64,000 bases of DNA from Dictyostelium discoideum (lineage: Eukaryota): the NCBI GenBank assembly GCA_000004695.1, contig CM000150.2, forward strand, positions 928,001 through 992,000, written 5' to 3'. The notes beneath the pieces are model-generated. The model worked only from the letters and a program-made list of their open reading frames with translations. It was not told the DNA's origin and did not search any database. The position numbers were made by a program, and so were the translations under genes. Positions within the stretch are counted from its first letter, which is position 1. Each line of letters begins with the position of its first letter. Below, one piece after another: positions 15,374 through 26,587 of this stretch.

Positions 15374-16711
15374 TTAGTTGGTGAGTTCTTTGATTTTGGC
15401 ATCCTTTTTAACGATTTCAGATTCTAAGTAAGCAACACGAATCTTTAATTTTTCGTATTCTTCACGGAGTTCTTTTTCATTCTTTGGACCTTCTTGAACT
15501 TGAACGACTGGTTTGAATTCAACAGCTGAAGCTTTTTTGACAAAACCACCAGCTAAACTAACAGTCTTTGGTTCAGCATTGGTACCTGAAACCCATTGTT
15601 CGGCAGTGAGTGATGGTTCACCAGCGTAGGTATCTGGGTAGATATCGTCTTGGAAGATATCAGATTTTCTTGGTACACGGAATGAGATTGGTTCAACGGT
15701 GAATGGAGTAACTTTGAGACCTCTAGCGATTTCACATTCAGAGGTGTTGAGACATCTCTTTGGTAAGAAGCAAAGACCTCTTTGTGGGGTGGCAGATTTG
15801 AATTCACTTAAGAAATGAATGTATGGTGATTCATCGACCAATTCGTAGTATCTGATGTTACCATCACCTTTACCAGCAAGGTATAAAATTGAATTGTCAG
15901 CATCATAGAATGGCATTAAGAGACCAGAGGCAGAATCGACGACTTGAGCAGAGAGTGGGGTGGTGAAAGCACGTGGATCATAAATGTGGAGTTCTCTTTC
16001 AGAGGTCTTTGAGAAACCAACGGTGATAACCTTATCTTTGGCAAAGATGGCTCTGCTGTTTTTGACACCTTGGTGACAAACGACTTCGTTGACGATAGAG
16101 TTTGTTCTTGGATCGAAAACACGAGCTTTCTTATCTTTACAGGTGGTAACGATTTGGCTACCATTGTGATTCCATTCGCATGAAGTGATCATATCAGAGT
16201 GACCTTCAACAGTGGTTAAATTCTTACCTTGTTCAACATCCCAAGTTTTAACTAAGAAATCACCAGATGAGGTAACGGCAACATTATCAGCAACTGGATT
16301 GAATGAGATGGTACCAACCTTTCTCTTGTGACCAGATAAAGTTTGGAGTGGGGTTGAGATTGAGTCGGTTAAACCACCTTCTGGGATACCCCAAATACAA
16401 ATGTTACAATCTTCAGAAACTGAACCAACGAGGTTTTCATTGAATGGGTGGAAAGCAATATCTAAAACTGCACTCTTATGACCATTGAATAATGGAACTG
16501 ATGTGGTTTTACCTGAAGCCTCATGTGGAATAACAGCGAATGAACCACCACCTGCAGCATCCCAAATAACACCAAAGTATCTAGTGTTGGCTGCAACGTA
16601 ATTACTATCCCATGCTGATTTGGTAACTTTTAAGTTTTGATAGCACTCTTCTTTTTTTGGTTGTGCTGCAAAAACATGACGATATTTACTACTACGGACT
16701 ACTTTAGACAT
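15374..16711 (-). CDS. corA: Coronin, a WD40 actin-binding protein of 445 aa, in a single exon.
   Basis: The sequence is MSKVVRSSKYRHVFAAQPKKEECYQNLKVTKSAWDSNYVAANTRYFGVIWDAAGGGSFAVIP..., with WD repeats and a C-terminal coiled coil (ELREEYEKLKIRVAYLESEIVKKDAKIKELTN). It matches the classic D. discoideum coronin in sequence and length. Confidence 0.95.
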   Translation of the reverse strand: MSKVVRSSKYRHVFAAQPKKEECYQNLKVTKSAWDSNYVAANTRYFGVIWDAAGGGSFAVIPHEASGKTTSVPLFNGHKSAVLDIAFHPFNENLVGSVSEDCNICIWGIPEGGLTDSISTPLQTLSGHKRKVGTISFNPVADNVAVTSSGDFLVKTWDVEQGKNLTTVEGHSDMITSCEWNHNGSQIVTTCKDKKARVFDPRTNSIVNEVVCHQGVKNSRAIFAKDKVITVGFSKTSERELHIYDPRAFTTPLSAQVVDSASGLLMPFYDADNSILYLAGKGDGNIRYYELVDESPYIHFLSEFKSATPQRGLCFLPKRCLNTSECEIARGLKVTPFTVEPISFRVPRKSDIFQDDIYPDTYAGEPSLTAEQWVSGTNAEPKTVSLAGGFVKKASAVEFKPVVQVQEGPKNEKELREEYEKLKIRVAYLESEIVKKDAKIKELTN

Positions 16712-17473
16712 CTAATTTAATTTTAATTTTTAAAATAATGATAATAATAATAAAAAAAAAAAAAAATTAGAATTTAATTTTAATTTTTAAAAATTTTCAA
16801 TTTTAAGTGGTTGATTAATTAAATTGATTTGATTTGATTAAAATTAATTCTTTATTATAATAATAATAATAAAAATAATATATGATTTTTAATTGTATAT
16901 ATTTAAAAAAAAAAAAAAAAAAATATGTATTATTTCATTGTGATTATTAATGATTTATCATATTTTTTTTATTTTTTTTATTTTTTTTATTTTTATATTG
17001 TTGATGTTCATCTTAAATTAATTGAAATTTTTGTAAACAAAAATAAAATAAAAAAAAACCATATAGTCCAAAATTTTAAGTTTTATTATTATTTTGAAAT
17101 ATTTTATTTTTTTATTTTTTATTTTATTTTATTTTCCTACTTTAATTTTTTGTGTGTGATTTTTACCTTTGAATTTTATAATATTATTATGACAATAATG
17201 ATAAAAAAAAAAAATTTGATTTTTATAATGAAAAAAATAAAAATAAAAATAAAAAAAAAAAAAAGAAAAAAAAAATCCAAAAAAAAAAAAAAGTGGGTAA
17301 CCCATCACAATTAACGATCATTTAAAAGAAAAGTTTGGGTGATAAATTTCTTTTTTCTAAAATTTTTTTTTTTTTATTTTTATTTTTTTTTTTTTTTATT
17401 ACCAATAATTTAATTATAAAGTTCTTAAAAAAAAAAAGAAAAATATATTTTTAGTAATAATTTTTTAAAATAA

Positions 17474-17512
<39 letters not shown>

Positions 17513-18091
17513 TTTATTGGTATGTTATAACTCTCTTTTGTTTATTTTTTATTTTAATTTTTTTTTATTTTTTTTTTTTTATTTTTTTTTTTGTTTGTAT
17601 GTTAATCCAAAGCAGATTCATCTCTTCATAATTTTTTTTTTTTTTTTCATATGAAATGGCTTTACTTTTTTTCATAAAATATTTTTTTTTTTTTTTAAAA
17701 AATTTTTGTTTTTTTTTTTATAAAATTAGATCATTTGGAAATTCAACGAAAATTTCTATAAACCTAAAAATAATCCAACAAAGATGGCTATATTTTTTAA
17801 ATTTTATGTTGGCGGTAATTAAAAATATTCTTTATTCATTACACAAACATAGGGAATATTCAGACCTTTTCAAAACATCTGTAATTTTATTCTCTTTTCC
17901 AATTTCTCAATCATTATATTTATTTCAATAGGATGTAAGTCATTTTTATTATTGAGTTTATCTTCACTTTTTTTTTTTTTAATATTTCTTATTTTTTAAT
18001 GGAAATTTTAAAAAATACACTTTTTTCTTTTTTTAATGGAAATTTTAGAATAACGGATAAAATTTTTTGAGTTAAACAAATTTTCATCAAA

Positions 18092-18173
18092 GACATCGTA
18101 GCGAAGTGGTCTAACGCGTTTGACTTGAAATCAAATCTCCTAGGAGGCGCAGGTTCGAACCCTGCCGATGTCG
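18092..18173 (+). tRNA. tRNA-Ser, anticodon UGA, 82 nt with a long variable arm.
   Basis: It folds by hand as follows. Acceptor GACATCG/CGATGTC. D-arm GCG-AAGTGGTCTAA-CGC. Anticodon stem TTTGA/TCAAA with loop CTTGAAA, anticodon TGA. Variable arm TCTCCTAGGAGGC. T-arm GCAGG-TTCGAAC-CCTGC. Discriminator G. Confidence 0.9.
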
Positions 18174-18244
18174 ATATTTTATTTGCACTGCTAAATTCCC
18201 GAACTTCGGATGTTTGAAACTTGGGTCCCAACCAAAATAGTTTT

Positions 18245-18260
18245 ATCCATATAAAGAGCA
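18245..18260. repeat. Left target-site duplication (atccatataaagagca) of the TRE3 insertion.
   Basis: A perfect 16/16 match with 19801..19816, flanking the retroelement. Confidence 0.75.
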
Positions 18261-19607
18261 CAGTACTGCTCAGCAACATCATCATCGTTAAACAAAGAGA
18301 AAACAGTAATGATAGCAATAGGAGATTACCATTCCAAGAGAGTACAGTCCCAGAAAGATATCTTGGCCTCAATTTCACCAAAACAGGTTTAAATTCAAAA
18401 TACAACACTTTAATCCAAGAAATGAAAAACAATCTAATCAAATGGAAATCACAAGCAATAACGATGAAGGCAAAGATGACAATTCTCAAAACATACGTTC
18501 TATCCAAATTAACATACCATCAATACATGGATAATCTAAATGAAGAACAAATTGAGGAAATCAATAACATGACCAGATGGTTCTTATTCTCCTCAGTTAA
18601 GAATACATATACAGAAGAGAGAAAATACAAAACTATGATGAAAATAGACAGAGCATATGCAGATTGGAAAGAAGGAGGCATAAAATTATGGGATTTAGAA
18701 CTAAGACATATAGCATTCAAAATCTGGTACATGAACAGGCTATTCCATAACAACTACAACAACAACAACAATACCTTACAAGAATGGTACATGGAGCAAT
18801 TAAGTAGAAAAAAGCCCACACTTCAACCCTCAACGATATGTGCAGACACTGGGGTGTATTCAGAGTCAAATTTTACAAAAACCATCCAAAGATAAATGAA
18901 CTTCCAGACTGTATAAGAAACGACAATGACGAACCACTAAAACTGAAAGAAATTTACGAACTCATGATCAAAGACAGACACCCAACACCAAGAAGAACAG
19001 AATGGCAGAAGTTATGGGCGGTGAGATACAACACAGCAATACCCAAAGTATTCATAAACATCAACAGCATTTCTCACCAAAAAGGTAGAAACACCCTCTT
19101 CAGATTCTTCTCAAGATCACTTCCAGGTATCAACCACGAAAGAGACACCAGATGCAAGATCTGTGGCCACCTATTAAGAGACCCTTATTCTCACCTCTTC
19201 ACTCTATGCCAAGATATCCTAGATATTGAAAAAACCATCATATCAACAGTTAACAAAATATCATTCATCAAAATCCACAGATGGTCAATGGATACCTTAG
19301 ACATATCAAAATACAACAGAACTGAGAGAATCTTCCCCAATCTCATAGGAATAATAGCACACCAATTATGGAAGATAATCTGTCACAAATTGTTCAACAC
19401 TGATGAAAGCAAACCAGAGCCAAAATTCGAACAAAAGGTCATAGAAACAGAATTACTAAATCTCATCGAAACTGAAAAATTCATCACACTAAAGAAAATC
19501 AAACACGACGAAGCAATACTAAAAAACACCAATCAAGATCTTCACAAATACAAATTCAACAAAGCCTGGCAAACCCCAGCAGCTCCGAACCCTCTTCCAA
19601 TTTAAGT

Positions 19608-19687
<80 letters not shown>

Positions 19688-19800
19688 GTTTAAAAAATTT
19701 AATACAATTGAATAATAAAAATAAAACCGTTTGACAAACACCGCCGAAAAGACACAAGGACATTCCTTGAAGGTCTGATCACAGGTAAAAAAAAAAAAAA
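18261..19800 (+). mobile_element. 5'-truncated tRNA-gene-targeting non-LTR retrotransposon of TRE3 type (formerly Tdd-3). It contains the RT C-terminal part and the Cys-rich ORF2 tail, an internal (A)71, a C-module and a terminal oligo(A).
   Basis: ORF 18221..18895 has an L1-like RT thumb region (YLGLNFTKTGLNSKYNTLIQEMKNNLIKWKSQAITMKAKMTILKTYVLSKLTYH). ORF 18838..19605, in another frame (a frameshift or degenerate copy), has the CKICGH...C zinc-knuckle-like tail. Poly(A) lies at 19607-19677, followed by a 120-bp module and (A)14. The insertion point is 87 bp 3' of the tRNA-Ser and is flanked by a 16-bp TSD. Confidence 0.75.
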
Positions 19801-19816
19801 ATCCATATAAAGAGCA
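19801..19816. repeat. Right target-site duplication (atccatataaagagca).
   Basis: Identical to 18245..18260 and immediately follows the oligo(A) end of the element. Confidence 0.75.
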
Positions 19817-20333
19817 TCAAACCGATATATTAAAAAAAAACAATTTAAAACTACAAACTTAGGGAAAATGCAAATAAAAAAAAAAAAAGAAATAATTAGG
19901 AGAATACAATAAAAATAAATAAAAAAAAAAAAAACCTTTGAAACAAAAAATAATCACAAAAATGAATCAAATTTTTCTTTTTTTTTTTTTATAAATTTTT
20001 TTTTTATATATTTTTTTTATTTCTATTTTTAAATATCACCATCATTTTTTTTTTTATTTTTATTTTTTGGAAATAGATTTTATATTATTTCTAAATAAAT
20101 TTAATGGAAAAATAAAATTTTTTTGATTTTTTGATTTTTTTTTTTTTGTTGTTGAACATTTGGGTTATCAAATGATGGAGTTATTGAATGTTGTGTGTGT
20201 TTGATACATTATTTTTTCTTTTTTTATTTTTTTTTTTTATTTTTTTTATTTTTTTTTTTTTGGTGCAATAAAAATTGATATTACACTTTAATATTATTAT
20301 TATTATTATTATTATTTATATGAGATATTTTTA

Positions 20334-20612
20334 TTAATCTTTTTTGGTAATGATTGATTTGGCATCGATATCGTAACCTGGGTTGTAACCAGCAATTGAG
20401 TTTTTACCAATAACTTCACCAACAAAGAAAAGACTTGTCATAAAGAGTGCAGTGGTTCCAATTCTTTTGGCATCAGCGACGGTGATGTCTTTTGGTGATT
20501 TGGCTTTGTTTAAGAAAAGGTTGAAATCTTGCTTAATGATTTGTGATGTATATCTTCCTTTTAAGTAGTTTAAGATTTCGCAACCAATACCAGTCCAATT
20601 TGGGTGTGTCAT
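20334..20612 (-). CDS. Mitochondrial F1Fo-ATP synthase subunit g (ATP5L/Atp20-like), 92 aa.
   Basis: The C-terminal FFVGEVIGKNSIAGYNPGY matches human ATP5L FYVGEIIGKRGIIGYDV and yeast Atp20 VGEIIGRRKIVGY. The size fits the family. Confidence 0.7.
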   Translation of the reverse strand: MTHPNWTGIGCEILNYLKGRYTSQIIKQDFNLFLNKAKSPKDITVADAKRIGTTALFMTSLFFVGEVIGKNSIAGYNPGYDIDAKSIITKKD

Positions 20613-20656
20613 TTTCTTTGATTATCTAATAATTTTTAATATGAGCGTATGTAATG

Positions 20657-20692
<36 letters not shown>

Positions 20693-21000
20693 AAATAAAA
20701 AAAAAAAAAGTGAGTTCGAAAAAAAAAAAAAAAAAAAAATTTAAAAAAAAAAAAAAAAAATAAATAAAAAAAAAAATAAATAAAATAAAAAAATTAAAAT
20801 TTCACACCACCAGCCGGGCGTTTATTTTTTTTTTTATGTATAAATAAAATTTTTTTTTTTTAATTTATTTCATTTTCTATTTTTTAATTACACACAGTGA
20901 CCGCCTCATGTAAACATATAAAAAAAAAAAAAAATAAAAATAAAAAAATACATACCATTTTTTTTTTTAATATAAAAAAACAAAAATCATAAAAATAGCG

Positions 21001-21753
21001 ATGGAAAAAGAAAGTGAAGAAGTTTTAAAAGATATTAATTCAAATGAAAAAGAAAAAAAAAATGACAACAACAATAATAAAGAAAATGAAGAAATAAATA
21101 ATGATATAATATTAATGATACCTGAAATTAATGAAATTGATGAAAAAGAATATGAAAAAGAATTTTCAAAACCAACAATACCCTCACAATCAGTTGAGGA
21201 ACAACAAAAACAACATTTAGAATCTGAAGAAGAAATTCGTAAAAGTAATGATAAAATAACAGTTATGAAATTAGTATGTTTTTAAAAATAATAATAATAT
21301 AATAATAATTATTGTTTTGTTTTTGAAAAATTGAAAATGATTTTATATTAATTATTTAATATAAATAATTTTTATATATAGGAAACAGAAAATGAAAAAA
21401 AAAAACAACAAGAACAACAAGAACAACAAGATAATAAAGAAGGATATGGTAATGACGATGTTACAGAGATGGTATTATCATCAGTTTTATATGTTTCACA
21501 AAAAGCAATAGCGGGTGCACAATTTGTTGGTAATATTTTTGCAGATATTTTTGGATTTGGTGAAGGAAAGTATCAATATCACATTGATGAATATAATATG
21601 ATACAAGAGGAAAAGAAAAGAAAATTAGCTGAAAAAGCATTAAAAGAATCAAATATGGAATCTCAAACAGAACCAAATATAAATAATGTTTCAATTTCAA
21701 CTGAATCACCAAAAACAACATCACAACAACAACAACAACAACAAGAATTATAA
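21001..21753 (+). CDS. Hypothetical acidic protein in two exons, 21001..21273 and 21382..21753.
   Basis: Exon 1 is Glu/Lys/Asn-rich. A GTATGT donor and a TATATAG acceptor lead to exon 2, which contains the conserved-looking block LSSVLYVSQKAIAGAQFVGNIFADIFGFGEGKYQY and a poly-Q end. No family was assigned. Confidence 0.5.
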
Positions 21754-22029
21754 ATTAAATTATAAATTAAATTATAAATCAAAAAGTGTTTAAAAAAAAT
21801 ATATATATATAAACTATTTAAAATTATAAATGATTTCCTTTTGTAAATAAATTTTTATTAATAAATAAATAAATAAATAAATAAACTAATAATGTACAAA
21901 ACAATTTTTTTAAAAAAAAAAAAAAAATTTTTTTTTATACATATGAATATTTTATTTGTTTTTTTAATTTTTTTTTTATTTGTTTTTTTTTTTATTTGTT
22001 TTTTTATTTTATTTTATTTTATTTTATTT

Positions 22030-24882
22030 TTAATGGAAAAAATATCTACTTTCTTTTACTTTATTAATATCTAATTCACCTTTTTTTGGTAATTTAGGGA
22101 ATTTAATATCTGGATATCTAACTTGGAACCATTCAAGTAAACGTTCTAAAATTGGTTGTTTATGAAGTTCAACAAATTCATTTCTTAAGATATCATTCAT
22201 TCTATCGACAGTTGAAGCATGAGTCCAATAGGAATCATGTACTGAGGAGTAGGTGATACCTTGATCATAACAAGTCATAGCAGTTAAAAACATATGAGTT
22301 GAATCTAAAGAGTGAATGAAATTTGGAGGGAAAGCAGAACGTTGACGATTTGAATCCACTTGAAGTAAATCATCATTATGAACTACGATGAAATCACATT
22401 CCAATGTTCTAATATTATATTTACCACCTTTTTTATATGGTTGTACAACTGGTAGACCCAATGGGGTGTTCCAAGTTACACAATGACCCGATTTTGCAAT
22501 GAGTGTGGCGCAATCGGACATCCACTTCATGATGGATCTTGCACCAACAAACATATTATTCAAAGAGGCAAAGGTGTTTTTTGTAATGTATGTAGAGGAT
22601 TTAAATATGAAATCTTCGTCTAAATCGAGATCACTAAATTTCTCAAGGATTGCATTTTCAATTTGTTCACGAGCACCAATATAGGTTACACCATATACAC
22701 TTGTCATAACGGTTTGTTTCACCAATTTTCTATCGACTTTACCTAAAAAGAATTGAGCAATCTCATCGCCATTCTTGGCGTCCTCCTCTACGATTTGCTC
22801 CACCAATTGTGCTACACTACTATAGACATCCTGTGGACAATCGGATGGGAGTAAATTAACCTTTTCAGCACCCCAAACATCACCACCCAAAGCAGCATAA
22901 TGTTGAAGACCATTGCAAGTACCATCTTGATGAATAGGTAAATTGGAGAGGAACTCGGCAGGTTTGCCACTACGAATGGCTTTGGTGAGCTCCATACAAG
23001 CTGCAAGAGTTTGCCATGGATTATCGGCCTTCAACCACCATTTATTACCATTCAATGGTGAATCAACACTATCGAAAATATTTTCCATGTTTCTCTCGGT
23101 GAATGCTAATCTTTCATTCAATGGAATCTTATCGACACCATAGAGATTTGCTACATGTATCTTTAACCATTCCAAACCTTTCTCGCCCAATGGCAATGAT
23201 TTTTCAAATTTCAATAGACTTCTACAAAAATCTGAACCTAAATGATTTAAATGTGGTGGAATTGGGTATGATCTACCACGGAAATCGATATTGTGTGGAA
23301 AGTAAAGTGTATGATCTAAAAACTTTCTGGCTACTTCCAATTTGTAATTTGTATCACAACGTAGTGAATGAAGATTGAAATTTAGCGATTTGATTCTTTG
23401 TTCTTTTTTGTAGAGTTCTTTACGAGCTTCATGATCAAACAACATATCATCTGATATCTCTGGATATTCGAAATCGGTTCTCTTGGGAATATCACCAATG
23501 TTACCACCATTGGCCCATGCTTCCAAGATTACATTGTAGAGATCTCTATTGATCACCCATGGTGTTTCACCGAGAATATTCAATGCTCTATAGATTAATG
23601 ACATATCAGAGTCTACGAGTGTTCTCAATTGCATTGCTGAGCCATTGGTTCTCATGATGGGTACTTTATAATGGAGGTATGGACCTTCGGTTGGTGTGAT
23701 CCATGGCAATGGTTTAATCACCATTGGGAATAGACGTGCACCACCTGTCTCTCTAATTTCATGACCTGCTTCAATCAATTTGAATATATTTTTGTGTGGT
23801 ATAACTTTTGTGGTTCTAACACCATTGGCATAATGAGATTGAATGGTGAAGGCTGGCGATTGTTTTGAGCCATCCTCACCCAACGACTCTTGAATCGTAC
23901 AATGTTTAAATACTTGACTCACAAGGAACTCACCAATGCTAAAGATGTCCTTTGATTCTGGTGGTAGAACGATCACATCGAGATTGTCTGTGGAAAGATT
24001 GTAAAACTTTTTAAGAGCAGAATTTGGTATGAGTTTTGAGATTTTCTTGTAGGTTTTTGGTTCTTTTTTCTTTACAATTAGCGATTTATACTCTGCATAC
24101 ACCGATACACCAATGGTCTCTATAATGATATTGGTCGCAAAGTCGTATCTATCTTTTAATACACTTTTGCCTACAATGATATTCAATGATTTTAGTATGC
24201 ATTTCTGAACAGACACTGTCTTCAATATAGTGACCCATGCTGCATCTTGATCCTTGGTTGCAAGATCCTTTTGTACCTTTTCTGTCAACCCTTCATTCCA
24301 TTGCATCAAAACATCACGAATCGATTTAAAACTGGTCACAAATGATTTACCCTTGCTATCAAGCATTAAATCACGATAACGAGTGACTGCGTCGTCAATG
24401 GCTTCAAATTCCAAGAGGGTTTGTATCTTTCTTAAATTCTTTTCATCATCACTAATCTCCTTAACATCACTCTTCCAATCGGTGTCATTTTCAATTCCAT
24501 CTTCACCATCTAATAAATAACTTTGTGCAACAACTCTTGCTTTATTCAATTTTGCTAAATCCTCTACAAATGATTTCTCCAAGTCGATTAATTTCTGTTT
24601 GGTTTCATTCAATCTCTGTTCACTATCTAAATATTCTAATGGTGATGATAAATCTTCTTTATCTGGAAATAATTCTTTTAATTTATCTAATCTATTTGAA
24701 TTCTCTTGTCCATCTTCTATAATTTTTCTTAAATTTGAATATTCATTTATTTTTATATTATTTATATTACTATTTATATTATTATTATTATTATTATTAT
24801 TACTACTACTATATTTATAATTATTAAAACTTTGTAATTTAACTTTTGAAATTGATCTTAAATTTTGACCTAACCTAATCAT
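22030..24882 (-). CDS. rpmA: Nuclear-encoded mitochondrial DNA-directed RNA polymerase, a single-subunit T7-phage-type enzyme of 950 aa.
   Basis: The N-terminus is presequence-like (MIRLGQNLRSISKVKL). T7-RNAP motifs are present: PIHQDGTCNGLQHYAALGGD, HDSYWTHA and a C-terminal ...FH. Confidence 0.9.
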   Translation of the reverse strand: MIRLGQNLRSISKVKLQSFNNYKYSSSNNNNNNNNINSNINNIKINEYSNLRKIIEDGQENSNRLDKLKELFPDKEDLSSPLEYLDSEQRLNETKQKLIDLEKSFVEDLAKLNKARVVAQSYLLDGEDGIENDTDWKSDVKEISDDEKNLRKIQTLLEFEAIDDAVTRYRDLMLDSKGKSFVTSFKSIRDVLMQWNEGLTEKVQKDLATKDQDAAWVTILKTVSVQKCILKSLNIIVGKSVLKDRYDFATNIIIETIGVSVYAEYKSLIVKKKEPKTYKKISKLIPNSALKKFYNLSTDNLDVIVLPPESKDIFSIGEFLVSQVFKHCTIQESLGEDGSKQSPAFTIQSHYANGVRTTKVIPHKNIFKLIEAGHEIRETGGARLFPMVIKPLPWITPTEGPYLHYKVPIMRTNGSAMQLRTLVDSDMSLIYRALNILGETPWVINRDLYNVILEAWANGGNIGDIPKRTDFEYPEISDDMLFDHEARKELYKKEQRIKSLNFNLHSLRCDTNYKLEVARKFLDHTLYFPHNIDFRGRSYPIPPHLNHLGSDFCRSLLKFEKSLPLGEKGLEWLKIHVANLYGVDKIPLNERLAFTERNMENIFDSVDSPLNGNKWWLKADNPWQTLAACMELTKAIRSGKPAEFLSNLPIHQDGTCNGLQHYAALGGDVWGAEKVNLLPSDCPQDVYSSVAQLVEQIVEEDAKNGDEIAQFFLGKVDRKLVKQTVMTSVYGVTYIGAREQIENAILEKFSDLDLDEDFIFKSSTYITKNTFASLNNMFVGARSIMKWMSDCATLIAKSGHCVTWNTPLGLPVVQPYKKGGKYNIRTLECDFIVVHNDDLLQVDSNRQRSAFPPNFIHSLDSTHMFLTAMTCYDQGITYSSVHDSYWTHASTVDRMNDILRNEFVELHKQPILERLLEWFQVRYPDIKFPKLPKKGELDINKVKESRYFFH

Positions 24883-25022
24883 TTTATTTTAATTTTTATA
24901 TTTTTTTATATTTTTAATATTTTTATATTTTTAAAATTATTATTTTATTTTATTTTTATATATAATATAAGTATAAATATAAATATAAATATATATTAAT
25001 TTTGACAAATTAAGTATTTATT

Positions 25023-25053
<31 letters not shown>

Positions 25054-25243
25054 AAGTTATATTATTTTTCGATAATTATTTATTTAAAATTCCATTCGAA
25101 AAAAACAAGAAATAGAAATAGAATAAAAAAAAAAAAAAAAAGATTATGTTTTAAAACAAAAAAGCAATTTTATTTTTTAAAAAACGACCAATTCGTTTTC
25201 ATTCGTTTTTTTAAAAAAAAAAAAAAAAAAAAAAATAAAAATC

Positions 25244-25274
<31 letters not shown>

Positions 25275-25314
25275 ATAAAGCGGTTTTGGACATGTTATGA
25301 AATTAAAGGTTGAA

Positions 25315-25497
<183 letters not shown>

Positions 25498-26328
25498 AAA
25501 AAAAATAGTAATAATAAAAATAGTAATATAACAAAAATAGTAATAATAAAAATAGTAATAATAATAATGATTATTTTATTAAAAACAGAGATATTTCTAA
25601 ATATATCAAAATAAAATAAAATTGTTTTTTTTTAAATTAACAATGAAATTTTGAAATTTTAAAAATCTCGTATTTGGATTATTTATAAATTTGAAAAAAA
25701 AAAAAAAAATAAATAACCATAATTGTTTCAAGTTATTAATTTAATTAAATCATTGAAATTATTTCTTATTAATATTTTTAATTTTTATTTTTAGAATTAA
25801 AATTAATAAAAAAAAAAAAAAAAAAAATAAAAAAAAAAAAAAAAAAAAGATGATGGTGTGTGTTATTTTTAGAAAATACTTGCCTTTTTTTATTTTTATT
25901 TTTTCAAATCCATTATTATTATTATTATTATTATTATTTTTTTTTTTTTTTTAAATTTATAATAATATTTTTATTTTTAAAATTTCAATTTAAAAAAAAT
26001 TTTTTATTTTTTTATTTTTTTTTTTAATTCAATTATTTATTTTTAACCCATCTCTCCTGTTATTTTTTTCCTATCACTTTTTATTTTTGTTAGTTAAAAA
26101 AAAAAAAAAAAAAAAAAAAAATAAAAATATATATGCTAGACAAATCTCAATTCACCTAATATCACAAAAAAAAAAAAAAAAAAAAAATAATAATAATAAA
26201 AAAAAAAAAAAGTTTTGAGTGGTGTTAGTGTGGTGTATTTTGAGAAGGTTGGTGTTTGAAAAAAAAAAAAAAAAAAAAAAAATATTAATACAAATAATTA
26301 TTTCTATTAATATTTTAATTTTAATTTT

Positions 26329-26374
<46 letters not shown>

Positions 26375-26389
26375 TAAAAAATAATATAT

Positions 26390-26556
26390 ATGGATACAAT
26401 TGGCCTTGATGAAACAACCACTATAGAAATAAATAATAATAGTAATAATAAACATAGTTCATATAGTAGTAGTAGTAGTAATAATAATAGCAATAATTTA
26501 ATTATTTCTAAAATACCAAATAAAATAATTGATTCAAATAATAATAAAAATAACAA

Positions 26557-26587
<31 letters not shown>

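Noticed and set aside
16925-17314. ORF 16925..17314 (+) and other ORFs in the 16.7-18.0 kb spacer.
   Set aside because: The sequence is extremely AT-rich and low-complexity (poly-F/Y/K) with no conserved motif. It is most likely coronin/tRNA intergenic DNA.
19607-19677. The 71-nt poly(A) as a transcript-derived processed pseudogene tail or a separate insertion.
   Set aside because: It lies inside the TSD-bounded TRE3 copy, upstream of a C-module-like 120-bp segment that ends in its own oligo(A). This is consistent with TRE element architecture. It is kept as part of the mobile element.
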